Notes under the pieces: model-generated | Databases searched by the model: none | Told to the model about the DNA's origin: nothing | What the model saw: the letters and a program-made list of their open reading frames with translations, nothing else | Translations under genes and position numbers: made by a program | In this document: piece by piece, positions 9,277 to 18,712 of the stretch | How the letters are laid out: each line of letters begins with the position of its first letter | Numbering within the stretch: the first letter of the stretch is position 1 | Assembly: GCA_038258655.1 (NCBI GenBank) | Contig: JBBSPS010000003.1 | Span: 1-49,153 of the forward strand | Direction of reading: 5' to 3' | DNA from: Bacteroidia bacterium | GTDB taxonomy: Bacteria > Bacteroidota > Bacteroidia > 2-12-FULL-35-15 | Length of the DNA stretch: 49,153 nt

Positions 9277-10218
9277 GTGGTAAGAAAAGAAAAAATAAAA
9301 GTTTGTTCGTTTCTTCCCGCAGCCACCAGTATGATCCATCATATGGGTCTGCAAGAATTTCTTTGCGGTGTTACTTTTGAGTGTTATTCTGATAAACCAA
9401 AAGTAGTGCGTTCTCATATCGAAGGCAACACGTATAGTAGTAAGGAAATTGAAAAAATTGTATCCGAATCAAAACAAATGGGCAAAAGCCTATATTATGT
9501 TGATGAAGAATTATTACAGGAAATTGCCCCAGATATTATTTTTACTCAGGATGTATGTGATGTTTGTCAAATCGCTACAAGCTACGTTGAACGTGCCATC
9601 TACAAATTAAAAAAACAACCTCTACTAATTGCACTTACTCCTCGCAATTTAAGCGACGTATATAATAACGCCATCACCATTGCAAAGGCCATGGGGCAAG
9701 AAGAAGCTGCTTATCACTTACTTGCGGAATTAAAAACACGTACCGATAAAATAATAGATACGTTACGTAAAAATAATGCTCCCTTAAAAAGAGTAATGGT
9801 AATGGAATGGTTAGATCCAATTTATAATTGCGGACATTGGATTCCTTATCAAATTGCTCAGGCAGGCGGAGTGGATATGTTATCAAATCCTGCAGGATAT
9901 TCCGTAATCACTCCGTGGGATAAAATAGTACGTTATAATCCGGAAGTATTAGTAATAGCTCCTTGCGGATTTAATATAGAAAGATCTGCGAAAGAAATTG
10001 ATAAGATGACCCAACGTGAAGGATGGAATAACTTAGCAGCAGTAAAAAATAATGCAGTGTATTTAGCTGATGCAGATTTATTTACTCAGCCATCGGCTTC
10101 TACATTAGTTGATGGAGTTGAATTATTGGCAGCATTATTTCATTCTGATGTTTTTCAAATACCTGAAAAATTAAAATGTAAATATCAGTTGTGTAATGCG
10201 CTCATCAATAGCAAATAA
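9277..10218 (+). CDS. BtuF/TroA-like cobalamin-binding protein without a signal peptide
   Basis: SFLPAAT, GVTFEC, PDIIFTQDVCDVC, EWLDP, GHWIP and APCGF motifs. Confidence 0.8.
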   Translation: MVRKEKIKVCSFLPAATSMIHHMGLQEFLCGVTFECYSDKPKVVRSHIEGNTYSSKEIEKIVSESKQMGKSLYYVDEELLQEIAPDIIFTQDVCDVCQIATSYVERAIYKLKKQPLLIALTPRNLSDVYNNAITIAKAMGQEEAAYHLLAELKTRTDKIIDTLRKNNAPLKRVMVMEWLDPIYNCGHWIPYQIAQAGGVDMLSNPAGYSVITPWDKIVRYNPEVLVIAPCGFNIERSAKEIDKMTQREGWNNLAAVKNNAVYLADADLFTQPSASTLVDGVELLAALFHSDVFQIPEKLKCKYQLCNALINSK

Positions 10219-10271
10219 TAAATTATTACTTTGGTTTTAAAAAAAGAAGTATTTCAATTCACGTTTTATTG

Positions 10272-10279
10272 TATATTTG
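10272..10279 (+). promoter_or_regulatory. Bacteroidetes -7 promoter element for the metE leader
   Basis: TATATTTG about 40 nt upstream of riboswitch 2. Confidence 0.6.
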
Positions 10280-10319
10280 CCCCGAATAAGTTCTTTACTT
10301 TATTTCTTCATCAACCGAA

Positions 10320-10518
10320 AAAGGTTTTACTTAACTGTAGATTAATAGGGAATCGTGTTAAAATCACGAACTGTCGCGCAACTGTAAGTAACACAAAAAA
10401 TTTTTACCAATTAAAAAATCCACTGCTCTAACAATAGAATGGGAAGGATGGTAAGAATGTTACAAGTCAGGAGACCTGCCTATTTCGAATTGACAATGCT
10501 TTCGCGAAATGAAGCTTG
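10320..10518 (+). promoter_or_regulatory. Cobalamin riboswitch 2
   Basis: AATAGGGAATcgtG..AAATcacg, GCGCAACTGTAA, CCACTG, GGGAAGG and AAGTCAGGAGACCTGCC; downstream hairpin loop CGCGA is complementary to TCGCG; lies upstream of metE. Confidence 0.95.
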
Positions 10519-10693
10519 AGTCAGGTATGATGCTTTATAACCACACTACTAAAGGAAGCCATACCTTAAGTATTAGTGTTGATTCTATTATAAAGTACCT
10601 TCCCCTTTCTTAATTTTTATTTCTAAAAAACATTTTTTGAAGTTTAGCAAAAGAGCTTTAAACTGATTTATTAATCATTTAAAAAGCAACAAA

Positions 10694-13015
10694 ATGCAAA
10701 CAAACAATCTTGGCTACCCGCGAATTGGTGGCAACAGAGAACTCAAAAAAGCCTGCGAGCAATATTGGTCCGGCAAACTATCAGTTGAAGAACTGATAAA
10801 AACAGGTAAAAACATCCGATTGCATAATTGGACTTTACAAAAAAAAGCAGGGATTGATTTAATTCCTTCTAACGACTTTTCTTTTTATGACCAAGTATTG
10901 GATATGTCATTAACAGTCGGAGCAATTCCTGAACGGTATCACGAAGTTATTTTAAGTAAATCCAATTTAGAGCTAGACCTTTATTTTGCAATGGCAAGAG
11001 GTTATCAAAAAGACGGGCTTGATATAACAGCCATGGAAATGACAAAATGGTTTGATACCAATTACCATTACATTGTTCCTGAGTTTCGAAAAAACCAGCA
11101 ATTCCAATTATTCTCCAACAAAATAGTAAATGAGTACAATGAGGCAAAACAATTAGGAATAACTACTAAACCTGTACTTGTAGGACCTGTTTCTTATTTA
11201 CTTTTGGGTAAAGAAAAAGGTGAAGGCTTTGAGAGAATTGATTTAATAAAAGAGCTGTTACCTGTTTATATAGAAGTGCTTAAAAATTTAGAAACGCTAA
11301 ATGTAGAGTGGGTACAATTTGATGAGCCGTTTTTAGGATTAGATTTAAGTGACAAAGCAAAAGAAGCATATAAATATGTATACGCTGAAATTAAAAAAGA
11401 ATTCCCTTTCCTTAAAACAATTGTTACCACTTACTTTGAAGGACTAAAGGATAACATCAAACTTGCTACATCATTACCGGTATGTGCATTACATATTGAT
11501 TTAGTACGTTGTCCTGAACAATTAGATGAAGTATTAGATACATTACCAAAAAATCTAAGCCTTTCGCTTGGTGTGATAGATGGTAGAAATATCTGGAAAA
11601 ATGATTTTCAAAATTCACTGACATTCATTAATAAGGCAGTTCAAAAAATTGGTTCGGACAGAGTGATGATCGCACCTTCCTGTTCCTTAATTCATTCGCC
11701 TTGCGATTTGGAATTAGAAACAAATGAAGAAATATTAACACCCGAAATCAAACAATGGCTAGCGTTTTCCAAACAAAAAGTAGAAGAGGTGATAACACTG
11801 AAAGAGCTAGTTGTAGATAAAAATAATATAAAAGAGTTGTCGAAATATAAGGCGAATCAATTAGCAAACGACAGCCGTAAAATTTCAAAACTAATTCACA
11901 ATGATAAAGTAAAACAACGTGTGAATGCCATTATTGAAACGGATGCAAAACGTCAGCATCCATTTTCTATCCGTAAGATAAAACAGGATAAAGCTTTAAA
12001 TCTTCCTTTATTTCCTACTACAACTATCGGTTCATTTCCTCAAACAACTGAAGTAAGGAGTTGGAGAGCTAAATTCAAAAAAGGCGAATTGACTAAGCTC
12101 GAGTACGACCAATTAATTGAAAAAGAAATCGAAGAAACCATTCGTTTTCAGGAACAAACCGGAATCGATGTATTAGTACATGGAGAATTTGAACGTAATG
12201 ATATGGTCGAATATTTTGGTGAGCAACTAGAAGGATTCGTATTTACTGAAAATGGCTGGGTACAAAGCTACGGAAGCCGTTGCGTTAAGCCACCTATTAT
12301 TTATGGAGACGTTTATCGGCTAAAGCCAATGACGGTAAGATGGTCAGCTTATGCACAATCATTAACTAAAAAATTGGTGAAAGGAATGTTAACAGGCCCT
12401 GTCACTATTTTACAATGGTCATTTGTACGTAATGATCAACCGCGTTCACAAACCTGTACGCAAATAGCATTGGCTATTCGTGATGAGGTGATTGATTTGG
12501 AAAAAGCAGGAATTAAAGTGATTCAGATTGACGAGCCCGCCATTCGTGAAGGATTGCCATTGCGAAAAGTTGATTGGCAAAGCTATTTACAATGGGCCGT
12601 CCGTGCCTTCAAAATATCCGCAAGTGGTGTAAAAGACGAAACACAAATTCATACACATATGTGTTATTCAGAATTTAATGACATCATTCACAATATTGCA
12701 GAGATGGATGCTGATGTTATTACCATTGAATGTTCCCGTTCGCAAATGGAATTGTTGGACGCCTTTGCCGACTTCAACTACCCAAATGAAATTGGTCCCG
12801 GGGTTTATGATATTCATTCACCACGAGTGCCTTCAAAAACAGAAATGGTACATCTTTTGGAAAAAGCGAAAGCCGTTATACCTGCTGAACAACTTTGGGT
12901 TAACCCTGATTGCGGTTTAAAAACGCGTCATTGGGAAGAAACAAAAAAAGCATTGGTAGAAATGGTGGCTGCTGCAAAACAGCTTCGTCAATCTGTTAAA
13001 GAACCCGTTATTTAA
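10694..13015 (+). CDS. metE: Cobalamin-independent methionine synthase
   Basis: LGYPRIG, KWFDTNYHY, PTTTIGSFPQT, HGEFERNDMVEYF, IHTHMCYSEF and WVNPDCGLKTR motifs. Confidence 0.98.
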   Translation: MQTNNLGYPRIGGNRELKKACEQYWSGKLSVEELIKTGKNIRLHNWTLQKKAGIDLIPSNDFSFYDQVLDMSLTVGAIPERYHEVILSKSNLELDLYFAMARGYQKDGLDITAMEMTKWFDTNYHYIVPEFRKNQQFQLFSNKIVNEYNEAKQLGITTKPVLVGPVSYLLLGKEKGEGFERIDLIKELLPVYIEVLKNLETLNVEWVQFDEPFLGLDLSDKAKEAYKYVYAEIKKEFPFLKTIVTTYFEGLKDNIKLATSLPVCALHIDLVRCPEQLDEVLDTLPKNLSLSLGVIDGRNIWKNDFQNSLTFINKAVQKIGSDRVMIAPSCSLIHSPCDLELETNEEILTPEIKQWLAFSKQKVEEVITLKELVVDKNNIKELSKYKANQLANDSRKISKLIHNDKVKQRVNAIIETDAKRQHPFSIRKIKQDKALNLPLFPTTTIGSFPQTTEVRSWRAKFKKGELTKLEYDQLIEKEIEETIRFQEQTGIDVLVHGEFERNDMVEYFGEQLEGFVFTENGWVQSYGSRCVKPPIIYGDVYRLKPMTVRWSAYAQSLTKKLVKGMLTGPVTILQWSFVRNDQPRSQTCTQIALAIRDEVIDLEKAGIKVIQIDEPAIREGLPLRKVDWQSYLQWAVRAFKISASGVKDETQIHTHMCYSEFNDIIHNIAEMDADVITIECSRSQMELLDAFADFNYPNEIGPGVYDIHSPRVPSKTEMVHLLEKAKAVIPAEQLWVNPDCGLKTRHWEETKKALVEMVAAAKQLRQSVKEPVI

Positions 13016-13021
13016 TACCAA

Positions 13022-13060
13022 AGATGGGCAGTCATTTATAACCTGTCTGCCCATTTTTAT
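13022..13060 (+). terminator. Terminator-like hairpin after metE
   Basis: ATGGGCAG...CTGCCCAT followed by a T-rich run. Confidence 0.65.
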
Positions 13061-13076
13061 TTCTCTTAAAAGTAAA

Positions 13077-13283
13077 ATGCCTGAACACGAACATAAATAT
13101 TGCCCCCGTTGCAATGCTTACTTTGAATGTAAGGTAGGATCAATACTGCTTTGTCAATGTGCCAAAATATCTTTAGATGAAAATGAACATGATTATATGA
13201 AGGACCAATTTGACGATTGCCTTTGTATTAAATGTATGAAAGAATTAAAAGCGGAATTTAAAAAAACAGTTAAATATTTTTAA
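13077..13283 (+). CDS. Cysteine-rich CWC-family small protein
   Basis: CPRC...FEC...CQC...DCLCIKC pattern. Confidence 0.8.
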   Translation: MPEHEHKYCPRCNAYFECKVGSILLCQCAKISLDENEHDYMKDQFDDCLCIKCMKELKAEFKKTVKYF

Positions 13284-13289
13284 ATAAAA

Positions 13290-13676
13290 ATGACACTAGA
13301 AGAAAAAATAAAAGCCTCTGAAACACATATATTTAAAGCAGTGTTTCCGGGAACCACCAATCATTATGACACTCTGTTTGGTGGCACAGCTCTATATTCA
13401 ATGGATGAAGTAGCGTTTATTACGGCTACTCGTTTTACACGATTAAAGGTTGTAACTGTATCATCAGATAAAATTGATTTCACAAAACCTATTCCGAGTG
13501 GAACCCTTATCGAACTTATTGGAAAAGTAATAAAAGTTGGAAACACCAGCTTACAAGTACAAGTAGATATTTTTATAGAGCAAATGTATTCCGATCAACG
13601 AGAAAAAGCGGTGACAGGAATATTTACTTTTGTTGCAGTGGATGAGAATAAAAAACCAATTAAAATTTTGCATTAG
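13290..13676 (+). CDS. Acyl-CoA thioesterase (hotdog fold, YciA-like)
   Basis: TNHYDTLFGG, MDEVAFI, VGNTS and FTFVAVDE motifs. Confidence 0.9.
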   Translation: MTLEEKIKASETHIFKAVFPGTTNHYDTLFGGTALYSMDEVAFITATRFTRLKVVTVSSDKIDFTKPIPSGTLIELIGKVIKVGNTSLQVQVDIFIEQMYSDQREKAVTGIFTFVAVDENKKPIKILH

Positions 13677-13731
13677 CTATGAAGTTGTTTAATTTTATTC
13701 AAACTAATTTATGTTCATCTCACATTACAAC

Positions 13732-14448
13732 ATGAGTATTTCTAAAGCCATATTTTGTTGGAGTGGGGGGAAAGATTCCGCTTATTGTCTGCACAAAGTA
13801 CAATCAGAAAAATTATTTGATATCCGCTATTTACTCACCACGGTAAACGATACACACAAACGCATTTCAATGCATGGGGTTCGCGAAGAGCTTTTAGAAA
13901 TTCAAGCCGAATCAGTAGGAATACCATTGCTAAAAGTAAAAGTATCTGAAGGGACAAATTCTGAATATGAAAAACAAATGGAAACTGTTTTGCTTAACGC
14001 TAAAGTCGAAGGAATTACTCACGTAATATTTGGAGATATTTTTTTGGAAGACTTAAGAATATATCGTGAAAAGAACCTAGATAAAGTTGGAATGAAAGGC
14101 ATTTTTCCTTTGTGGAACCTGGATACAAAATGGATGATAAACGATTTTATCACACAAAAATTTAAAACAATTACCTGCTGTATTAATGATGGATACCTGA
14201 ATGAAGAATGGGTAGGAGCAGACATCAATAACGAATTTGTTGCAAAACTTCCGTCGAATGTTGATCCCTGTGGTGAAAATGGTGAGTTTCATACTTTCTG
14301 TTATGAAGGACCTATATTTAAAAAGAAAATCAATTTCAGTATAGGAGAAAAAATATATAAAGCATTAGAGCTTAAAACTAACGACGATGTTTGTAGTTCT
14401 TCTGCAATTACAAAAGGATTTTGGTTTTGTGATTTAATACCTCAATAA
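13732..14448 (+). CDS. Diphthine-ammonia ligase-like ATP pyrophosphatase (Dph6/DUF71 family)
   Basis: PP-loop WSGGKDS, FGDIFLEDLR and DPCGENGEFHTF motifs; start probably 13732 rather than 13711. Confidence 0.9.
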   Translation: MSISKAIFCWSGGKDSAYCLHKVQSEKLFDIRYLLTTVNDTHKRISMHGVREELLEIQAESVGIPLLKVKVSEGTNSEYEKQMETVLLNAKVEGITHVIFGDIFLEDLRIYREKNLDKVGMKGIFPLWNLDTKWMINDFITQKFKTITCCINDGYLNEEWVGADINNEFVAKLPSNVDPCGENGEFHTFCYEGPIFKKKINFSIGEKIYKALELKTNDDVCSSSAITKGFWFCDLIPQ

Positions 14449-14472
14449 AAATAAATTTTTCTTTTATTACGA

Positions 14473-16185
14473 ATGGCAACACTGGACGAAATATTTAATT
14501 CAAGACGCGATACCCGCCATTTTACTAGTGAAATAGTTCCCGATGAAGTTATAAAAAAAGCGCTGCAAGCGGGCTATACTGCTCCATCTGTTGGGTTGAC
14601 CGATGCCACAAGATATTACATCATAAGATCGGCCGAAATAAAACAGGGGATCAAAAAATTATTTGAAGAATACAATCAGAAAGCAATTCAACAGATAAAA
14701 AATGAAGATCAAAAGATTGCATACTCATCATTAAAATTAGAAGCGATCTCTGAAGCTCCGATAGGATTGGTTATATGTTATGATCGATCTGTCCTAAATG
14801 ATTTTTCCATTGGAACAATTGCAAGTAATGAAACGCTTAAATTTAGTTCGGTTTGCGCTGCTCAAAATATTTGGCTTTCATTAACAGAACAAGGCTATTC
14901 GATGGGGTGGGTATCTATTCTCAATTATTATCAGTTTAAAGAAATACTTGGATTATCGGAAAATGTCGAGCCACTCGGATATTTCTGCATTGGCAAACCG
15001 GCCACTGATTATGAGAAACAACCTATGCTACAGCAATTAAAATGGAAAGATAAATTGAAGGAACCGATGGTTACAGAAATAAAAAATATTCCTGATAATT
15101 TTCAACGTCAGCAGAAACTAAAAGTCCTCTCTTTTGGAGAAGATTTAGGTGAGGCGAATAAATTATTAGGCGAAGAACTCCAATTTATTATTGATAATAA
15201 AACTAAGCCACTTGGTTCATTGGGGAAATTAGAATTAATTGCAAAACAGATCGGAGAAGTATTCAAAACAAAAAATCCAAAAATAAATAATCCGCATATA
15301 ATTATATTTGCTGCCGATCACGGGATAGCTCAGCACAATGTAAGCGCTTATCCGCAGGAAGTAACCCGGCAAATGGTTGACAATTTTTTGTCAGGCGGTG
15401 CAGCTATCAACGTGTTCTGCAAACAACACAATATAGCGTTCACTATAGTTGATGCGGGGGTTAATTATGATTTTCCACCTCATGCATTATTGATAAATAA
15501 TAAAATTGGAAAAAGCACCCACTCATTTTTGCATGGGCCGGCCATGACCATGAAACAAGTGCATGAATGTTTTAGTAAGGGTGCAGAAGCAGTGAGTAAG
15601 ATTGTTGATGAAGGATGTAACACCATAGGCTTTGGCGAAATGGGTATCGGCAATACATCAACGGCTTCTGTTTTAATGAGTTTATTGTGTGCTATTTCAA
15701 TTGAGCAATGTATCGGAAAAGGAACAGGAGTTAATGATAAAAAACTTTCGGAAAAAAAGGGTTTGCTTAAACAAGCTATTAATAATTATAATGGAGATAG
15801 AGAGTTATTCAACATTCTTGAATATTTTGGAGGATTTGAAATAGTACAAATGGCTGGAGGAATGATGGAGGCACATAAAAATAATATATTGATATTGGTA
15901 GATGGATTTATTAGCAGTGTCGCGTTTTTAATTGCATTTAAAATTGATCCTTCTATAAAACGAAACGCAATATTCTGTCATTGTTCAGAAGAAAAAGGAC
16001 ATAAAATACTTATGGAATATTTACAAGTGGAAGAACTATTAAAATTAAATATGCGTTTGGGCGAAGGGACAGGTTGTGCAGTGGTTTTTCCTATCATTCA
16101 ATCTGCAATAGCTTTTTTAAATGAGATGGCGAGTTTTGAAAGTGCCGGGGTAAGTAATAAATTAACTGTTTCAGCGAATGCTTAA
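14473..16185 (+). CDS. cobT: Fused BluB-like 5,6-dimethylbenzimidazole synthase / CobT phosphoribosyltransferase
   Basis: N-terminal nitroreductase BluB motifs (RRDTRHF, APSVG, LKLEAI, AQNIWL, MGWVSI); C-terminal CobT motifs (KTKPLGSLGKLE, FAADHG, GEMGIGNT, MRLGEGTG). Confidence 0.9.
   Translation: MATLDEIFNSRRDTRHFTSEIVPDEVIKKALQAGYTAPSVGLTDATRYYIIRSAEIKQGIKKLFEEYNQKAIQQIKNEDQKIAYSSLKLEAISEAPIGLVICYDRSVLNDFSIGTIASNETLKFSSVCAAQNIWLSLTEQGYSMGWVSILNYYQFKEILGLSENVEPLGYFCIGKPATDYEKQPMLQQLKWKDKLKEPMVTEIKNIPDNFQRQQKLKVLSFGEDLGEANKLLGEELQFIIDNKTKPLGSLGKLELIAKQIGEVFKTKNPKINNPHIIIFAADHGIAQHNVSAYPQEVTRQMVDNFLSGGAAINVFCKQHNIAFTIVDAGVNYDFPPHALLINNKIGKSTHSFLHGPAMTMKQVHECFSKGAEAVSKIVDEGCNTIGFGEMGIGNTSTASVLMSLLCAISIEQCIGKGTGVNDKKLSEKKGLLKQAINNYNGDRELFNILEYFGGFEIVQMAGGMMEAHKNNILILVDGFISSVAFLIAFKIDPSIKRNAIFCHCSEEKGHKILMEYLQVEELLKLNMRLGEGTGCAVVFPIIQSAIAFLNEMASFESAGVSNKLTVSANA
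15121..15155 (+). repeat. REP-like palindromic repeat inserted in frame in the BluB-CobT linker
   Basis: AAAGTCCTCTCTTTTGGAGAAGATTTAGGTGAGGC (KVLSFGEDLGEA) resembles the Bacteroidetes CCTCTCC-TT-GGAGAGG-n-GGGTGAGG repeat type. Confidence 0.65.
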
Positions 16186-16978
16186 AAACGAATTAAAAAT
16201 ATTTTTCACAGCATTAATGTTTTACACCCGCATTCCTTGTCCAAAATGGGTGGATCATTCTCCTGATTACTTGAATAAAGCGACACGTTATTTCCCTTTG
16301 ATCGGGTGGATCGTGGGCGCTTTTTGCTTTGTCATATATTATCTTGCCAATGTTTTATTCCCGATTGAAATTTCAATTATTATTTCTATGGTCGCTGGTG
16401 TATTAATTACAGGAGCATTTCATGAAGATGGTTTTGCCGATGTTTGTGATGGATTTGGTGGAGGTTGGACAAAAGAGAAAATTTTAATTATAATGAAAGA
16501 CAGTAGGGTAGGAGCATACGGAGTTATTGGATTGATCTTGCTTTTTCTTCTGAAATTTTATTTGTTATTTCAAATCGTTCTTGTATTGAACGTTTTGGAT
16601 CTTATTTCTCAGATCCCAATTTTATCATTATTTATTGCAGCAAATGCCGTTAGTCGTTTAGCCGCTATTTCTATTGTATTTACAAATGAATATGTAAGAG
16701 ATGATTCAGAAAGCAAATCAAAACCTGTGGCGAAAAAAAATACATGGAAAGAAATTTTTGGGGCTTTGTTTTTTGGACTTTCTCCGGTTTTTCTTTTAGC
16801 GATTTTTCAATATCAAATTATTTTGATTCTACCAATGGTCTTTTTTGTTCGCATTTATTTGGCACGATATTTTAACAAGTGGATAGGCGGTTATACCGGC
16901 GATTGCCTTGGGGCAACGCAACAAATTTGTGAAGTGGTATTTTATTTATCCGTTATAGGGATATGGAAGTTTATCTGA
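16178..16978 (+). CDS. cobS: Adenosylcobinamide-GDP ribazoletransferase
   Basis: FYTRIP, TGAFHEDGFADVCDGFGG, MKDSRVGAYG and GGYTGDCLGA motifs. Confidence 0.95.
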   Translation: MLKNELKIFFTALMFYTRIPCPKWVDHSPDYLNKATRYFPLIGWIVGAFCFVIYYLANVLFPIEISIIISMVAGVLITGAFHEDGFADVCDGFGGGWTKEKILIIMKDSRVGAYGVIGLILLFLLKFYLLFQIVLVLNVLDLISQIPILSLFIAANAVSRLAAISIVFTNEYVRDDSESKSKPVAKKNTWKEIFGALFFGLSPVFLLAIFQYQIILILPMVFFVRIYLARYFNKWIGGYTGDCLGATQQICEVVFYLSVIGIWKFI

Positions 16979-17538
16979 TAAGACATACAGAAACAGTTTT
17001 ACCGAAGGGAGTCTGTTATGGGCAATCGGATATTTTATTGCAAGAACCATACTTGGAAAAGTTTGATAAAATAGTAAAAAGCGTTAAATATAAAAACGCA
17101 GTAATTTATTCCAGCCCACTTAAACGATGTACCTTTCTGGCGGAACATTTCAGAAAGAATAATGATAACTACCCTCCAATAATTACTGATGATCGCTTAA
17201 TGGAAATGAATTTTGGTGATTGGGAAATGAAAGAGTGGAATAACATTGATCCTGATATGATGAAAAAGTGGATGGTTGATTTTGTAGATGAAAAAGTGCC
17301 AAACGGAGAATCCTTTACTGAACTTGATGCTAGGGTAGCTAATTTTATTGAGAATGAATTATTGAAGTGCAAAAAGGAAGTTGCTATAATTATTACTCAT
17401 GCAGGAGTTATCAGAAGTTTTTTGTGCAAAGCGATGAATTTACCTTTAAAAGAGGCATTTCGTAATGATGTTGCATACGGCTCAGTAAAAATAGTTGAGG
17501 TATACCAAACAAACTTAGAATTACGAAAATCTAGCTAA
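16963..17538 (+). CDS. cobC: Alpha-ribazole phosphatase (histidine phosphatase)
   Basis: LIRHT, CYGQSD, SSPLKRC, EMNFGDWE and THAGVIR motifs; follows cobS. Confidence 0.88.
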   Translation: MEVYLIRHTETVLPKGVCYGQSDILLQEPYLEKFDKIVKSVKYKNAVIYSSPLKRCTFLAEHFRKNNDNYPPIITDDRLMEMNFGDWEMKEWNNIDPDMMKKWMVDFVDEKVPNGESFTELDARVANFIENELLKCKKEVAIIITHAGVIRSFLCKAMNLPLKEAFRNDVAYGSVKIVEVYQTNLELRKSS

Positions 17539-17592
17539 AGGGAAATAAAAAATATTTCTCAATAAAAACCGATTTTTAACAACGAGAACCCA

Positions 17593-18711
17593 TTAACTTC
17601 CTAATTCTTTAGAAATCATCTTTTCAGCATCTATGTTTTTCATACCATAGTAATTTATTGCGTTTTGTTTTAATGGATGAGTGCTCCATTCTTCCCAAAT
17701 ATTCGAATATGGATCGTATCCACATTTAAGAGGTTTACTATATATATCATCCGGATTTTCTATATACGCCCTGCAATCTGAGCACATATAACGAAATTCA
17801 CAAACTTTACATATGTTTATTTTATCCTTTGTAATTTCCCAATGTGTTCTAAATTCTGGATTATCTACAGCATCTAATAAGGAGTTATCATAAACATGTC
17901 CATAGATGCTTTTCATGGAGGGGCAATTGCGGATGAACCCTCTTTTGTCGATAGCAATTTTTTTATTCAGACAGGAATTGAATTGTGTAGCTTCACTAAA
18001 CGCTCTGATATTTATTCTAAAATACATGGAATGAATATTTCCACAACAATTTTCAGATGTGATTACTGAATCGGAATACGAAACCGTTAAGTTATTAAGT
18101 TCGAAGGAATCTCCATTATTATCAAAGGCACTATAAATAACGATACTAAGCAACCGTGGATACTTTGTACCGATTTGTTGTATTGTTTCTTTTGAAAAAT
18201 ATTCGGAGAATGGCATAAGTAGTTCAATGCTTCTCAATTTGCTATCATTAAAATAGTCTAAATATACTTCAAGCTGATGTGGTGATATCGAATAATAAAA
18301 TCGTAATTGCAAGGCCTGGCAAATGAGTTGATCCAGCTGTTCTTTTATATTCTTCAATGGATGTTTACTATGCTCATCAAAATCGATAATGCAATTCGTA
18401 ATGCTGTTCGGAACATCGTAAACAGGTTTAAATTTTGTAAATCCTTTATCCAGCTTGCTTACAATAGTGACAAATTCTTTTTGAATCAGAAAATCAAAAT
18501 ATTCGTCGATAATATCATCATATTCTCCATTAAAAATATTCTTTATTTCTCCAATTGTTTTTTTTGCACATTTAGTAAGAATGCTGTATAATTCATTTGG
18601 TATAAATTCAAAATTATTTCGTTGGATATCATATATAATAGATCGCTTGGCTCCTTTTACAGGGATACAATTTGCAAACAATAAAAAATAACTAGCATCT
18701 GGATGATCCAT
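17593..18711 (-). CDS. gwsS: Grasp-with-SPASM system SPASM-domain peptide maturase (cluster 1)
   Basis: N-terminal CIPVKG..RSIIYD (RRE-like), NSCLNKKIAID..G.IRNCP, CKVCEFRYMCSDCR and KPLKCGYDPY; no CX3CX2C motif. Start placed at ATG 18711. Confidence 0.9.
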   Translation of the reverse strand: MDHPDASYFLLFANCIPVKGAKRSIIYDIQRNNFEFIPNELYSILTKCAKKTIGEIKNIFNGEYDDIIDEYFDFLIQKEFVTIVSKLDKGFTKFKPVYDVPNSITNCIIDFDEHSKHPLKNIKEQLDQLICQALQLRFYYSISPHQLEVYLDYFNDSKLRSIELLMPFSEYFSKETIQQIGTKYPRLLSIVIYSAFDNNGDSFELNNLTVSYSDSVITSENCCGNIHSMYFRINIRAFSEATQFNSCLNKKIAIDKRGFIRNCPSMKSIYGHVYDNSLLDAVDNPEFRTHWEITKDKINICKVCEFRYMCSDCRAYIENPDDIYSKPLKCGYDPYSNIWEEWSTHPLKQNAINYYGMKNIDAEKMISKELGS

Positions 18712-18712
18712 T

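Noticed and set aside
10231-10431. 66-aa ORF upstream of metE
   Set aside because: Overlaps the promoter and the conserved core of cobalamin riboswitch 2; no protein features.
13732-14448. Diphthamide biosynthesis
   Set aside because: Bacterial context, no other dph genes, and the neighbours are B12 genes.
17593-18711. Calling gwsS a canonical radical SAM enzyme
   Set aside because: No CX3CX2C motif; only SPASM-type cysteines are present.
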